Below are positions 1 through 9,627 of a DNA stretch of 64,000 bases, one piece after another. The notes beneath the pieces were generated by a model. That model was not told the DNA's origin. It did not search any database and saw nothing but the letters and a program-made list of their open reading frames with translations. How positions within the stretch are numbered: position 1 is the stretch's first letter; each line of letters opens with the position of its first letter. Position numbers and translations under genes: made by a program. This DNA is from an uncultured delta proteobacterium (GTDB lineage: Bacteria > Myxococcota > Myxococcia > Myxococcales > Anaeromyxobacteraceae), in NCBI GenBank assembly GCA_963766715.1, contig CAVYBH010000008.1, positions 352,001 to 416,000 of the forward strand. The letters run 5' to 3'.

Positions 1-356
1 CGGCCCGCCGGTGGAGGCCGTCGATGTTCTGCGTGACGAGCGTGAAGCGGTCGCCCAGGGCGCGCTCGAGCCGCACCAGGGCCTCGTGCCCCGCGTTGGG
101 CGCGGCCTGGCCGACCTGGCCGAAGCGGTGGAGGTACCAGCGCCACACCTGCTCGGGCTCCATGGTGAACATGGCGTGGGTGGCCATCTCCTGCGGCATG
201 TAGTTCCGGGAGCCCACCACCCAGTAGCCTTCCTTGCCGCGGAAGGTGGGGATGCCGCTCTCGGCGGAGATGCCGGCGCCGGTGAGGGCCACCACCCGCC
301 CCGCGCGACCGGCGGACGTCGGCCAGGATTCCCGAGAGCTTCGGGTCGATCGCCAT
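1..356 (-). CDS. cobB: NAD-dependent protein deacylase (Sir2/CobB family), 5' part; runs off the window edge
   Basis: Hand translation gives RVVALTGAGISAESGIPTFRG...PNAGH...LVTQNIDGLH (sirtuin motifs). Start is ATG356 with a probable indel near 305, or the in-frame ATG364. Not in the ORF track. Confidence 0.9.
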   Translation of the reverse strand, partial: MAIDPKLSGILADVRRSRGAGGGPHRRRHLRRERHPHLPRQGRLLGGGLPELHAAGDGHPRHVHHGARAGVALVPPPLRPGRPGRAQRGARGPGAARARPGRPLHARHAEHRRPPPAG

Positions 357-401
357 CGGCCCATTGTGGCACGTGGGCGGCCGCGCGGTTAACCCTCCTC
401 C

Positions 402-785
402 GTGTCCACCGCCGTGACCCAGGGGATCGAGGTCTCCGTCCGGAGCGAGTTCCGCGCCGATCGCTCGGCGCCCGCCCAGGAGCGCTTCCTCTACACGTAC
501 ACGGTGCGCATCTCGAACGGCGGCAGCGGGAGCGCCAGGCTCCTCGGGCGGCACTGGATCATCACCGACGCCCGCGGCGACCGGGAGGAGGTGACCGGCG
601 AGGGGGTCATCGGCCAGCAGCCCCGGATCGAGCCCGGCCACTCCTTCCAGTACACGAGCTTCTGCGTGCTGAAGACGCCGCTCGGCCAGATGCGCGGGAC
701 CTACACGATGGAGCGCGAGGACGGCACCACCTTCGACGCCGAGATCGCCCCCTTCGCGCTGGCGGTCCCGGCGGCGCTGAACTAG
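402..785 (+). CDS. apaG: ApaG domain protein
   Basis: YTVRISN...LLGRHWIITD...GEGVIGQQP...YTS...GQMRGTY; 127 aa. Confidence 0.95.
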   Translation: MSTAVTQGIEVSVRSEFRADRSAPAQERFLYTYTVRISNGGSGSARLLGRHWIITDARGDREEVTGEGVIGQQPRIEPGHSFQYTSFCVLKTPLGQMRGTYTMEREDGTTFDAEIAPFALAVPAALN

Positions 786-1829
786 CCGCGGCTCCGCGTC
801 GGCCCCACGCCCTCGGTCCGCACGAACTCGGCCACCAGCTCGTCCTCGGTGACGAGCCCCTTGCGCAGCAGGAGCCGGGCCATCGCCGAGGCGAGCCGCG
901 AGAGCCGGACCACCTCCGGCGGGCAGCTCTCGTGGAGGGCCACCCGGTCGAGGCCGTCGAAGATGGCCTCGACGCGCGGGCCGAACTCGCCCTCTCCCTC
1001 CGGGACGATCTCGACGATCAGCTCCGGCTGCGGCGGCGCGGGCGGCCGGGCCGCCGCGATCCTCGGGCTCCTGGCGGAAGCGGCGCACGGCCTCGGCGAG
1101 GCGGGCCTCCGGGCCGGAGGGGGGAACGGGCCGGAACGGGAGCGGCGGCGGCGCGGCGGCCGAGGCCGGAGGCGTCGGGGTCGGGGACGCAGCCGGCGGC
1201 GAGCCTGGCGGGCGGCGGACCGGCGCCAGGCGCGCCACCGGCACGGGCTCCCCGCCCGGGGGCGCGGCCTTCTGGAAGTACGCGTCGAGCCCCTGCGTGT
1301 AGCCGGAGTCGAGGGGGCCGAGCATCTCGACCGGCCCGTCGTCCTCGCGCTCGTCGAGGGCGATGGCCTCCACGCCCTGCTTCTCGGCGAGGTAGAGCCG
1401 GCGGATGGCGCGGGCGATCTCGCGGTCGCCGGCGATGGACATCTTCACCCGCCGCCCGGTGCGGAAGGCCAGCTCGTCGATGACGCCCATGTTGGTGGGG
1501 TCGGCCATGGCGACGAGGAGGTTGTTCGCGTCGGCGGAGTACGGGAGCAGCTGGTTTCGCTCGGCGAACTCGTGGGGCACGAGGCGAAGCGCCAGCTCGA
1601 GCCCCGGGCCGTACTCGACGAGGTCGAGCGCCACCCGGTCGAAGCCCAGCTTGCTGGCGAGCGCGGAGACCACCTGCTCCTCGGTCGCCATCTTCAGATC
1701 GATGAGGGCCTGGCCGACGCGCCCGCCCCACCGCCGCTGGTGACCCAGGGCGGCCTGGAGCATCGTCGCGTCGATGACTCCGGCCTCGAGGAGGAGCTCC
1801 CCGAGTCGCTTGCGAGGGGGTTGGGCCAC
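782..1829 (-). CDS. Stand-alone MshEN/GspE-N domain protein with no ATPase; frameshifted in its Pro-rich linker
   Basis: From GTG1829: MAQPPRKRLGELLLEAGVIDATMLQAALGHQRRWGGRVGQALIDL...LLVAMADPTN. C-terminus MARLLLRKGLVTEDELVAEF lies in another frame and ends at TAG 782-784. Confidence 0.8.
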
Positions 1830-1875
1830 GGCCGGGACTGTAACCGGCCCGCCCGCCCGGGTCGAGGTCGGGCCC

Positions 1876-2322
1876 CTACGGGGCGTCGGCGCGGGTGGCG
1901 ATGGCGAGTCGCGGGAGCCCCTCGCGGCGCGCCATGTCCATCACCGCGACCACCTTGCCGTGGGCCACGCCCTCGTCGGCCTGCACGAGCACCAGCGTCT
2001 CCGGGTTCTCGGCGTGGGCCTTCTCGAGGATCTGCTTCAGGGTGCCCTCGTCGACCACCTTGCCCTGCACCACCACACGCCCGTCGGAGAGCACCGCGAT
2101 GGCGAGGTCGTGGACCTCCTTCACGGCGTTGGCCTGGCCGCCCTTGGGCAGGCTGACCTTGATCCCGCCGTTCTGCCCGCCGGCCTCGGCGATGGCCGTG
2201 GTCGTCACCATGAAGATGATGAGGAGGACGAGGAAGATGTCGGTGAGGGGCGTGATGTTGATGTCGGCGAAGATGCCGGCACCGGAGCCCGTCCCGTCGT
2301 CCTCGGGGGCGTTCATGGACAT
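1876..2322 (-). CDS. exbD: ExbD/TolR family biopolymer transport protein
   Basis: DINITPLTDIFLVLLIIFMV; LVQADEGVAHGKVVAVMD. Confidence 0.9.
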   Translation of the reverse strand: MSMNAPEDDGTGSGAGIFADINITPLTDIFLVLLIIFMVTTTAIAEAGGQNGGIKVSLPKGGQANAVKEVHDLAIAVLSDGRVVVQGKVVDEGTLKQILEKAHAENPETLVLVQADEGVAHGKVVAVMDMARREGLPRLAIATRADAP

Positions 2323-2323
2323 G

Positions 2324-2987
2324 TCAGGGAACCTCCGCGGTCCCGGTCTCGCCGGAGCGGACCTCCTTCACGATCTCCAGGAACTCCTCGGTGAGGAGCT
2401 TCAGCTGGAGCTGGAGGCGTCCGGCGAGGACGTTGAGCATGTTGTAGAGAATCACGGCCTCGATCGCCACCGCGATGCCGCCGGCGGTGGTGATGAGGGC
2501 CTCGGAGATCCCGGCCGCCACGACGCTGAAGCCGCCCTGGCCGGTGATCCCCATCTGGTGGAAGGCGCGCATGATGCCCACCACGGTGCCGAAGAGGCCC
2601 ACGAACGGGGCGGTGGCGCCGATGGTGCCGAGGATCCAGAGCCAGGAGCGGAGCTTCTGGTTCGCCTCCTGCCGCTGCCGCTCCACCGCCGCCTCGATCC
2701 GGGCGTCGGTGACCGGGCGCTTGCCCGGGGGCGGTGGGAACGAGGGCGGCCAGGAACACCTCGGCGGCCGGCGAGCTGGAGCGCTCGGCCTGGGCGCGCG
2801 CGTCCTCGACGTCGCCGCGCAGGATGGAGCGGGTCACGGCGTCGGCCAGGCTCTTCGCCTTGTCGGAGAAGCGCCAGAGGGCCAGCGCGCGCTCGACCGC
2901 CACGGCCACGGCGAGGACCGAGAAGAACGCGATGATCCACATCGCGACGCCACCGGTCTTCAGAACCGTGAGGAGTTCCATGTTCAC
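2324..2987 (-). CDS. exbB: MotA/TolQ/ExbB proton channel protein (frameshift near 2720)
   Basis: N-terminal GGVAMWIIAFFSV TM segment; C-terminal LGTIGATAPFVGLFGTVVGIMRAF...GISEALITTAGG. Confidence 0.9.
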
Positions 2988-3089
2988 GTCGATGCGCCTT
3001 TCCGGGGTGCGGGGAGGGGCAAAGCTAGCCGATCCCGGCGGGGATTCAAGCCGAACCGCCCCCGGGGGACGACACGGCCCGGATCCGGC

Positions 3090-3914
3090 TCAGGGCCTGG
3101 AGGGGGTTGTGGGATGGATCGGCAGCTCGATGGGCGGTGGGCGCGACCCGGGCGCCAGGTCCACCACCCTCGCGCCGCGGGGCGTCTCGAGCTGGAAGAG
3201 CGCCGCCTCGGGCGGCCGGTTCACCTCGAGGTCGTCCTTCCAGCGGAGGGAGACCTCGGCTCCGCCTCCGCGCAGCTCGACGTCCCGGGGAACCCGCTGC
3301 CCCGCCACGTGGCGGTAGACGGAGAAGGCGACGCTCCAGGCGGCGCCCGGGCCGGCGCGCGGCAGGAAGCTCGCCCGCGCCGCGGCGCCCCCTTCCCCGA
3401 CGGCGAGGATCTCCCGCCCGGCCGGGCCCGCCACCTCCAGGAGGAGGACGCCGTCGCCGGGCTCCGCCAGCACGGGGCTCCCCTCGATGAGGGGCGCGCT
3501 CCCGCAGATCACCGCGGCGAGGTCGCGCGCGCCGATGGGCACGGGGACGAGGCGCGCCAGGTTCTCGGGCGTGTCCTCTCCCCGGTACAGGGCCCCCGCC
3601 CGCGCGTCGTAGAGGGCGAAGCGCCCCCCGCCGGCCACCAGCACCGCGGCGGGATTGCCGAAGAAGTCGAAGAGCTCCACCCGGACCCGCCCCCCCTTCT
3701 CGGCCGCCATCCAGGCGTCGAGCGAGCCCGACAGGTCGGGCGACGAGACGGCGAGGCGCGCCGAGCCCCGGCAGGTGGTCACCCCGTCCTGCGCGGCGCG
3801 GACCTGCGCGAGGAGCTCGGCCGGGTTCCGGGACAGGTCGGGCGGCGGCACCCGTGCGCAGCCGGCGCCGAGGACGAGCGTCACCGCGGCCGCGGCCGCC
3901 GTCCTCCGCGTCAC
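3090..3914 (-). CDS. Lipoprotein, LolB-like/DUF4292-like
   Basis: GTG3914 overlaps the upstream TGA. Lipobox-like LGAGC; beta-rich GRVRVELFDFFGNP...FALYD. Family assignment is by resemblance only. Confidence 0.6.
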   Translation of the reverse strand: MTRRTAAAAAVTLVLGAGCARVPPPDLSRNPAELLAQVRAAQDGVTTCRGSARLAVSSPDLSGSLDAWMAAEKGGRVRVELFDFFGNPAAVLVAGGGRFALYDARAGALYRGEDTPENLARLVPVPIGARDLAAVICGSAPLIEGSPVLAEPGDGVLLLEVAGPAGREILAVGEGGAAARASFLPRAGPGAAWSVAFSVYRHVAGQRVPRDVELRGGGAEVSLRWKDDLEVNRPPEAALFQLETPRGARVVDLAPGSRPPPIELPIHPTTPSRP

Positions 3915-5087
3915 GCCTTCTCCAGCGCCTGCAGGAGGTCGGCCGCGACGTCCTCCGCGTCCTCGAGCCCCACCGAGACGCGCAGCGTGCCCCGGCCGAT
4001 CCCCTGCGCGGCCAGCTCGGCGTCGGTGGCGTGGCGGTGGGAGGAGATGACCGGGATGGAGGCCAGGCTCTCGACCCCGCCCAGCGAGCTGGCCCGCGCC
4101 ACCAGCCGCATCGCGTCGTGCACGCGGGCCACCGCCTCGTAGCCTCCACGGACGGTGAAGGAGAGCACGCCGCCGCCGCCGCGCAGGAGCCGCCGCGCCA
4201 GCGCGTGGTCGGGGTGGCTCTCGAGGAACGGGTACATGACCCGCTCGACCTTGGGGTGCCCCTCCAGCACGCGGGCCACGTGGAGCGCCGTCTCGTTCTG
4301 GCGCAGCACGCGGACCTCGAGCGTCTTCATCCCGCGGAGGAGATCGTAGGCCGCGCCGGCGTCGAGGTTGCCGCCGGTGGACCGGCGCATGGCGAGGACG
4401 CCGTCGAGGAGCGCCTTCGAGCCCGCCACCGCGCCGCCCAGGTGGTCGGAGTGGCCGTTCAGGAACTTGGTCGCGCTGTGGACCACCAGGTCCACGCCGA
4501 GCGGGCAGGGCCCGGAGGTTCACCGGGGACGCGAAGGTGGCGTCGAAGATCGATCGGATGCCGCGGCGGCGGCAGGCGGCCGCGACGGCGGGGACGTCCA
4601 CCACCCGCAGGGTGGGATTGGTGGGGGTCTCGAAGACCAGCGCGCGGGCGCGGGCGGGCGCCGCGTCGACGGCGGCGACCAGGCCGTCGAGCGGCACGGT
4701 GCGGATCCCCACCCCGAAGCGCTCGAGCACGTCCCGGGCCAGCCGCGTGGTCTGGCCGTAGATCGTGTCGCAGAGGAGCAGCTCGTCCCCGGCCCGCAGC
4801 GAGGCCAGCAGCGCCGCCGTCAGGGCCGCCATCCCGCTCGCGAAGCAGGCGGCCGCCTCCGCCCCCTCGAGCGCGGCGATCTTGCGCTCGGCCGCGACGA
4901 CGGTGGGGTTCTCCAGCCGGGCGTACAGCCAGCGCCCCTCCGGCGCCTCGAGGTAGGCGGCGGCCGCGGCCGCGTCGGGGAACCGGTAGGTGGTGGCCAG
5001 GTAGACGGGCGTGGTGGTCGAGGGGACGGCGAGGGTCTCGCCCTCGCCGGCGTGGACCGCCAGCGTGCCCAGCTTCGGGTCGTTCAT
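3911..5087 (-). CDS. PLP-dependent trans-sulfuration enzyme (cystathionine gamma-synthase/methionine gamma-lyase family), frameshift near 4505
   Basis: YARLENPT, FASGMAA, FETPTNP, DATFASP, HSATKFLNGHSD (PLP Lys), SLGGVESL, LRVSVGLED. Confidence 0.9.
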
Positions 5088-5103
5088 GGCGATAGCTTAT
5101 CCG

Positions 5104-5492
5104 TCAGGCGAGCAGGCCGCCCACGACCGCGCCGGCGAGCAGCGGCACCACGTTCGCGACGATGAGCACGCCGGCCCCGAACCCGGCGATGACGCCGAGC
5201 ACCGGCATGCCGGTCAGCGCCGTGGCGAGCAGGAACATGACGCCGGCCACGACCAGCCGCGGGCAGGAGGACGGCCACGAGCGCGGTGCCGACGCTTCCG
5301 GCCTTTCGCCCGCCCACCAGCCCGGCGATGAACATGCCGAGCAGCGGCAGCCAGAAGAGCAGGAGCGAGAGCACGAACATCCACGCCATGGCGCGCCCCA
5401 GGCCGCCCTTCTTCCCCGTCGCCTTCTCGCCGGCGGGCGGTGCGCCCTGGCGCGCCCGCCTGCCCCACCGATCCTCGGATCTCCTCGGCCAT
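5104..5492 (-). CDS. Small multi-pass membrane protein of unknown function (two apparent frameshifts)
   Basis: GGAGG upstream of ATG5492. Hydrophobic segments WMFVLSLLLFWLPLLGMFIAGLVGG and VVAGVMFLLATALTGMPVLGVIAG lie in consecutive frames. Confidence 0.6.
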
Positions 5493-5513
5493 GTGTCCTC
5501 CCGTCGTCGTCCG

Positions 5514-6334
5514 TCAGAATAGGCGCGCCGCGCGCCCTCGCAGCTCCCTGCGCGAGGCGTCGGGCCACGGCGTTCTCCGGGGCCCAGGCCGGGTCCAGGT
5601 CGGGCGCCTGCTCCACCTCGGCCAGGGCCCGCTCGAACGCGGCCCGGTCCTGGAGGAGCACGAGGAGCGACTCGGCCTCCGCGCACCCGGTTCAGCAGGC
5701 AGGCGCCGCCCAGCGCGCGCGCCTCCTCGAAGTGGCGGCGCGAGCGGGTCACCCCGCCGCCCACCGCCGCGGGGAGCGCGGCGGCCCAGGCGCCGAGCGC
5801 CCGGTGCGGGCCCGCGCAGTCCGTCGATCCGTCGAGGGCCGCCGCCCGCTCCATGGCGGCCAGCGCCGGGGTCCTTCACCGCGAGGAGCGCGGCGAGCCC
5901 TCTCGACTGCGCCGACGACCAGGTGGCGAGCGCCAGCCAGTAGAGCGGCTCGGCGCCCTCGATCCCGACGTGCGCCGGCGCGCCGACCAGGTCGCCCGCG
6001 TCGACGGCGGCGCCCCAGCCCGGAGCGAGCTTGCGCAGCGCCCGCTCGGCGGCGCGAGAGGCGGCGACCCAGGCCTCGCGGGGCGCGTCGGGCGCCGACA
6101 GCGCGCGGAAGGCCTCGGCGCGGGCCAGGCGAAGCTCGGGCGCGGGGTCGCCCGGATGGAGCGCCGGCGGCGCGGCCGTAGAGCTCGATCGCCTCGGCGA
6201 GCCGGGCCGGATCCCCGCGCGAGGCGAAGGCCTCGTCGCCGCGGGCGAGGAGCGCGGCCGGCGACCGGTGCGGCGTGGGACGCCGTCGCCGGCGGGGCGG
6301 CGGCAGCGAGGAGGCCCAGGACGAGCAGCAGCAT
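5514..6334 (-). CDS. TRAP transporter TatT-like TPR protein (frameshifted)
   Basis: Signal peptide MLLLVLGLLAAAA. Rebuilt: LYWLALATWSSAQ...AMERAAALD...AGPHRALGAW...SRRHFEEARAL...LLQDRAAFERALAEV...PENAVAR, which resembles TatT. Confidence 0.6.
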
Positions 6335-7221
6335 CAGCGCCGCTTGCCGCCCTGCTTCTTCGGCGGGGCCTTCGTCGGCGCCGGCTTCCGGGGCGGAGCC
6401 TTCTTCGGCGGCGCCTTCGCGGGCGCTGCCTTCTTCGCCGCCGGCTTGGCCGTCGGCTTGGCGTGGGGCTTCGCGACGACCTTCGCGACGACCTTGGGGG
6501 CGCCTTCGCCGGCGCCTTCTGCGGGCCGGGGCGGGCTTCGGGAGCGGCCGGGCGCCGGGGGAGCGGCGGGCCGCGCCGGGGGCGGGGCCGCCTTCGCCGG
6601 GACGGCCGGCTTCACAGCGGCCGGCTTCACCGGGAGCGCACCCTTGGCCGGGGCGGCGGCCCGCGTGCCCACCGCGGGGCGCGCCGTGGCGGTGCTCCGG
6701 GAGAGCTTGGCGAGCCGCTCCTCCTCCTCGGCCTGGGTGACGACGAGGGGCGGCTGTCCGGCGCGCTGCCGCGTCTCGTCCTCGGCGCTGTAGAAGAGCT
6801 GGGCGGTCACCGCGCCGCGCACCACGAGCTCGCCGCGCTGGTTCTCTCCCCAGACCTCGATGTCGACGGCGTACTTGCCGCCCGCCTCGAACCGCCGGTC
6901 GGCCACGCGGCCGCGCACCGTGACCACGTCGCCCGGCCACACGATCTTCACGAACCGGGAGCTGAAGCGCCGGATGCGCGCCCCGCGAAGCCAGTCGGTG
7001 GCGAGCTCGGCCAGGAAGCCCATGCCGAGCATCCCGGGCACGAGCACGCTGGGGAACCCGGCGTTCCGGGCGAAGGGCTCGTCGACGTGGAGCGGGCCGT
7101 AGTCCCCGCTCGCCCCGGCGAACCGCGCGATCTGCGAGCGGTCCACCGGCGGCTTCACCAGGGGGGGCAGCTCGTCGCCGACCTTCACCGCCTCGAAGTA
7201 GAGCTGGCGTGCCAAGAGCAC
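6334..7221 (-). CDS. MaoC-family (hotdog) dehydratase with long Ala/Lys/Pro-rich C-terminal tail
   Basis: FAGASGDYGPLHVDEPFARNAGFPSVLVPGM hydratase-2 motif; tail KPAAKKAAPAKAPPKKAPPRK. Confidence 0.85.
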   Translation of the reverse strand: MLLARQLYFEAVKVGDELPPLVKPPVDRSQIARFAGASGDYGPLHVDEPFARNAGFPSVLVPGMLGMGFLAELATDWLRGARIRRFSSRFVKIVWPGDVVTVRGRVADRRFEAGGKYAVDIEVWGENQRGELVVRGAVTAQLFYSAEDETRQRAGQPPLVVTQAEEEERLAKLSRSTATARPAVGTRAAAPAKGALPVKPAAVKPAVPAKAAPPPARPAAPPAPGRSRSPPRPAEGAGEGAPKVVAKVVAKPHAKPTAKPAAKKAAPAKAPPKKAPPRKPAPTKAPPKKQGGKRR

Positions 7222-7234
7222 CGTGTCTCCCTCC

Positions 7235-7672
7235 CTAGCCGCGCCGGAGGATGAAGGTCTCGCGGGTCCGGAAGACGAACTCGCCCTCGGCGCCGCGCGC
7301 CTCGGTCTCGAGGACGAGGACGTCGCTCGCGCCGCTGGTCCCGGCGCGCTCCTGGACGTCGGCCACCCGGCTCTTCACCGTGAGTCGATCGCCGGCCACG
7401 ATGGGGCGTCCGTACTCGATCGACTCCTCGCCGAGGAGCAGCGAGCGGGTGCCCAGGTCGAGCGAGTGGCGGAAGCGCTCGTTCAGGGAGAGGACGGCCG
7501 GGAAGGTCGGCGGCGCCACCAGCGACGCGAATCCGGCGGCGCGGGCGGCGGCCTCGTCGGAGTGGATGGGATTCTGGTCCCCGATGGCGTCGGCGAGGCG
7601 CCGGATCGCGCCCTTCTCCACCTCCACCACGAGGGGTTCGCTCTCCCGTCCGATGAGTGTCTTGTCGAGCAT
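7235..7672 (-). CDS. MaoC_dehydrat_N (HadA-like) hotdog protein
   Basis: VEKGAIRRLADAIGDQNPIH...APPTF...LLLGEESIEYGRPIVAGD. Confidence 0.85.
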   Translation of the reverse strand: MLDKTLIGRESEPLVVEVEKGAIRRLADAIGDQNPIHSDEAAARAAGFASLVAPPTFPAVLSLNERFRHSLDLGTRSLLLGEESIEYGRPIVAGDRLTVKSRVADVQERAGTSGASDVLVLETEARGAEGEFVFRTRETFILRRG

Positions 7673-7683
7673 GCGCGCCTCGG

Positions 7684-8670
7684 TCAGGAACGCCCGGGGG
7701 GAAGGTCGAGCACGGTGACGAGCCCCTGCAGCATGGGCACGGCGGCCGCGGCGTGGACCACCGACCAGGCCGTGGAGGCCTCGCCCGGGAACCCTCCCGG
7801 CACGATCAGGCGAAGCGGCGGGGAGGCGTCGAGCGTCACCTCGTCGCGGGGATCGTCGGCGCCCAGGGCCAGGACCAGCTCGATGCGGACCACCTCCCGG
7901 CCGTCCTGCCAGCCGCGGGCGACCTGCCGGATCCCGGCCACGTTGCCCTTCGCCACCGGCACCGGGCCGGCCAGGTCGCGCGTGGCGAGGATGGGCTCCA
8001 CGTCCTCCTCGAGCTCGTCGAGATCGAGACCGCTTCCGAGCGCGGCCAGCGTCGCCGACTGGGCGAGGCCGGCGTGGCCGATCTCGTCGGCCTCCACGGC
8101 CTGCTGGAACTGGGCCTCGGTGAGGCCGACTCCCGCCTTCGCGAGCAGCGCGGGGCGGCGGGACGAGAGGTCGACCACGCGGCGCGCCTCGAGGCGCCGG
8201 ACCTCGCCGGTGCCCTGGGAGAGCAGCGACGGGAGGCGGTCGAGCGCGAGGCCGGGGTTCACCCCCGCCCCGAGGACGGCGACGTCGTTCCGCTCGCAGA
8301 GCGCGTCGAGGGCGTCGGCCTCCTCCTCGTGGGCCAGCCACGGGTAGGCGAGCTCCTCGCACGTCGAGACCACGCTGAGGCCGGCCTTCACGGCCTGCTC
8401 AATCTGGGGCAGCACGTCCTCGAACCGGGACGAGGTGGCCTGGAGGAGCACGCCGCCCTTGGCCGCGCGGAAGGCGCGGGCCCCGTCCCCCTCGACCTGG
8501 AGACCGGTCGGGGTGCCGATGAGCTCGTCGAGCTTGCGTCCCGCGAAGGCGGGATCGACGACCGCCACGACGCGGAGGTCGCCGGACGCGAGCGCCGCGC
8601 GAGCGATGGCTCGCCCGACGTCGCCGAGCCCTGCGATCACCACCGGGATGCCGGCCAGTTTCTCCGCCAC
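7684..8670 (-). CDS. NAD(P)-dependent amine dehydrogenase-like (2,4-diaminopentanoate dehydrogenase/DapB-like) oxidoreductase
   Basis: Rossmann GLGDVG; VVSTCEELAYPW; GAGVNPG; start GTG8670. Confidence 0.75.
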   Translation of the reverse strand: MAEKLAGIPVVIAGLGDVGRAIARAALASGDLRVVAVVDPAFAGRKLDELIGTPTGLQVEGDGARAFRAAKGGVLLQATSSRFEDVLPQIEQAVKAGLSVVSTCEELAYPWLAHEEEADALDALCERNDVAVLGAGVNPGLALDRLPSLLSQGTGEVRRLEARRVVDLSSRRPALLAKAGVGLTEAQFQQAVEADEIGHAGLAQSATLAALGSGLDLDELEEDVEPILATRDLAGPVPVAKGNVAGIRQVARGWQDGREVVRIELVLALGADDPRDEVTLDASPPLRLIVPGGFPGEASTAWSVVHAAAAVPMLQGLVTVLDLPPGRS

Positions 8671-8703
8671 GTACCCCCCGCGCTCCGCCAAGCGGAGTGC
8701 CGA

Positions 8704-8718
8704 GATTTCACGGAAATC
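8704..8718. promoter_or_regulatory. Perfect inverted repeat GATTTC-ACG-GAAATC, possible operator
   Basis: Lies in an AT-richer intergenic stretch 34-48 nt upstream of the 8670 start. Confidence 0.3.
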
Positions 8719-8923
8719 CAGATGGTTATATGGCATCCCTCCAAAACCCTTCAACAGGAACGCTCGAAGGGACGAGGCGGTGCTCCGGCCGGCCGGCGCG
8801 GCTCGGCGCGCGTACTCGAAATTGCCCAGCAATACTGGATGCTTGCGAGCGCAGACGCCGGAGGCCTGCGCACGGACGCCCCTGGTGGGGTGTCGCGAAG
8901 AGCCGCTTACGTCCGCGCAGCGA

Positions 8924-9562
8924 TTACGGAAAAAGGCGCTCGAAGTACCGCAGCGCGGCCGGGTCGGACCAGTCGCGGGGACCGACCACGTACGAGACCA
9001 GCTTCCCGGACGCGTCCACGATGTAGGTCTCCGGGAACTTGAAGGAATCCGGGCAACCGCCCCGGGCGACGCAGTAGTACTCCTTGGTCGCCGCCTGGTC
9101 CTGGTCGAGGAGGACCTCGACGCCGCCCGGCATCCGTCCGGCGAAGAACTGGCGCACCTCGGGCCAGCCGTCGTCGACCGACACGGCCACCATCTTGAAC
9201 TTGCCGGGGTGGCGCGCCGAGAGCTCGCGACCGAGCTGCAGCATGGAGGGCATCTCCTCGCGGCACGGCGGGCACCAGGTGGCCCAGAAGTTCACGAAGA
9301 CGACCTGCCCCTTCGCGTCGGCGAGCGTGAAGGGCTTGCCGTCCGGCGTCTGGCCGAGGATGGGCGGCGCGGGCGCCACCTTCGACGCCGGCGTGATGTC
9401 GAAGGCCACGAGCGCCTGCTCGGCGCGCCGCGGCTCCTCGACGAGGACCTGCCAGCCCTTCCATGCGGCGCCGCCGGCCACGAGGAGCGCGATCGCTCCC
9501 GCGACGACCACGAGCCGCGTCTTCCCCGGCGGGGCCGGGTCCTTCGTCTCCGGTGCGTCCAT
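8924..9562 (-). CDS. Membrane-anchored TlpA/ResA-family thiol-disulfide oxidoreductase
   Basis: N-terminal TM; VNFWATWCPPCREEMP; FPETYIVD. Confidence 0.9.
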   Translation of the reverse strand: MDAPETKDPAPPGKTRLVVVAGAIALLVAGGAAWKGWQVLVEEPRRAEQALVAFDITPASKVAPAPPILGQTPDGKPFTLADAKGQVVFVNFWATWCPPCREEMPSMLQLGRELSARHPGKFKMVAVSVDDGWPEVRQFFAGRMPGGVEVLLDQDQAATKEYYCVARGGCPDSFKFPETYIVDASGKLVSYVVGPRDWSDPAALRYFERLFP

Positions 9563-9627
9563 GCGCGCCGGTCATAACACCGGTCGCTTCCTTGCCGCCA
9601 CGGCTCTTTCCGGGGAGACTCCTGCCC

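Noticed and set aside
3090..5087. Apparent trans-sulfuration enzyme-lipoprotein fusion (665 aa)
   Set aside because: An indel near 4505 diverts the frame. The true C-terminus ends at 3911 with a GTGA overlap.
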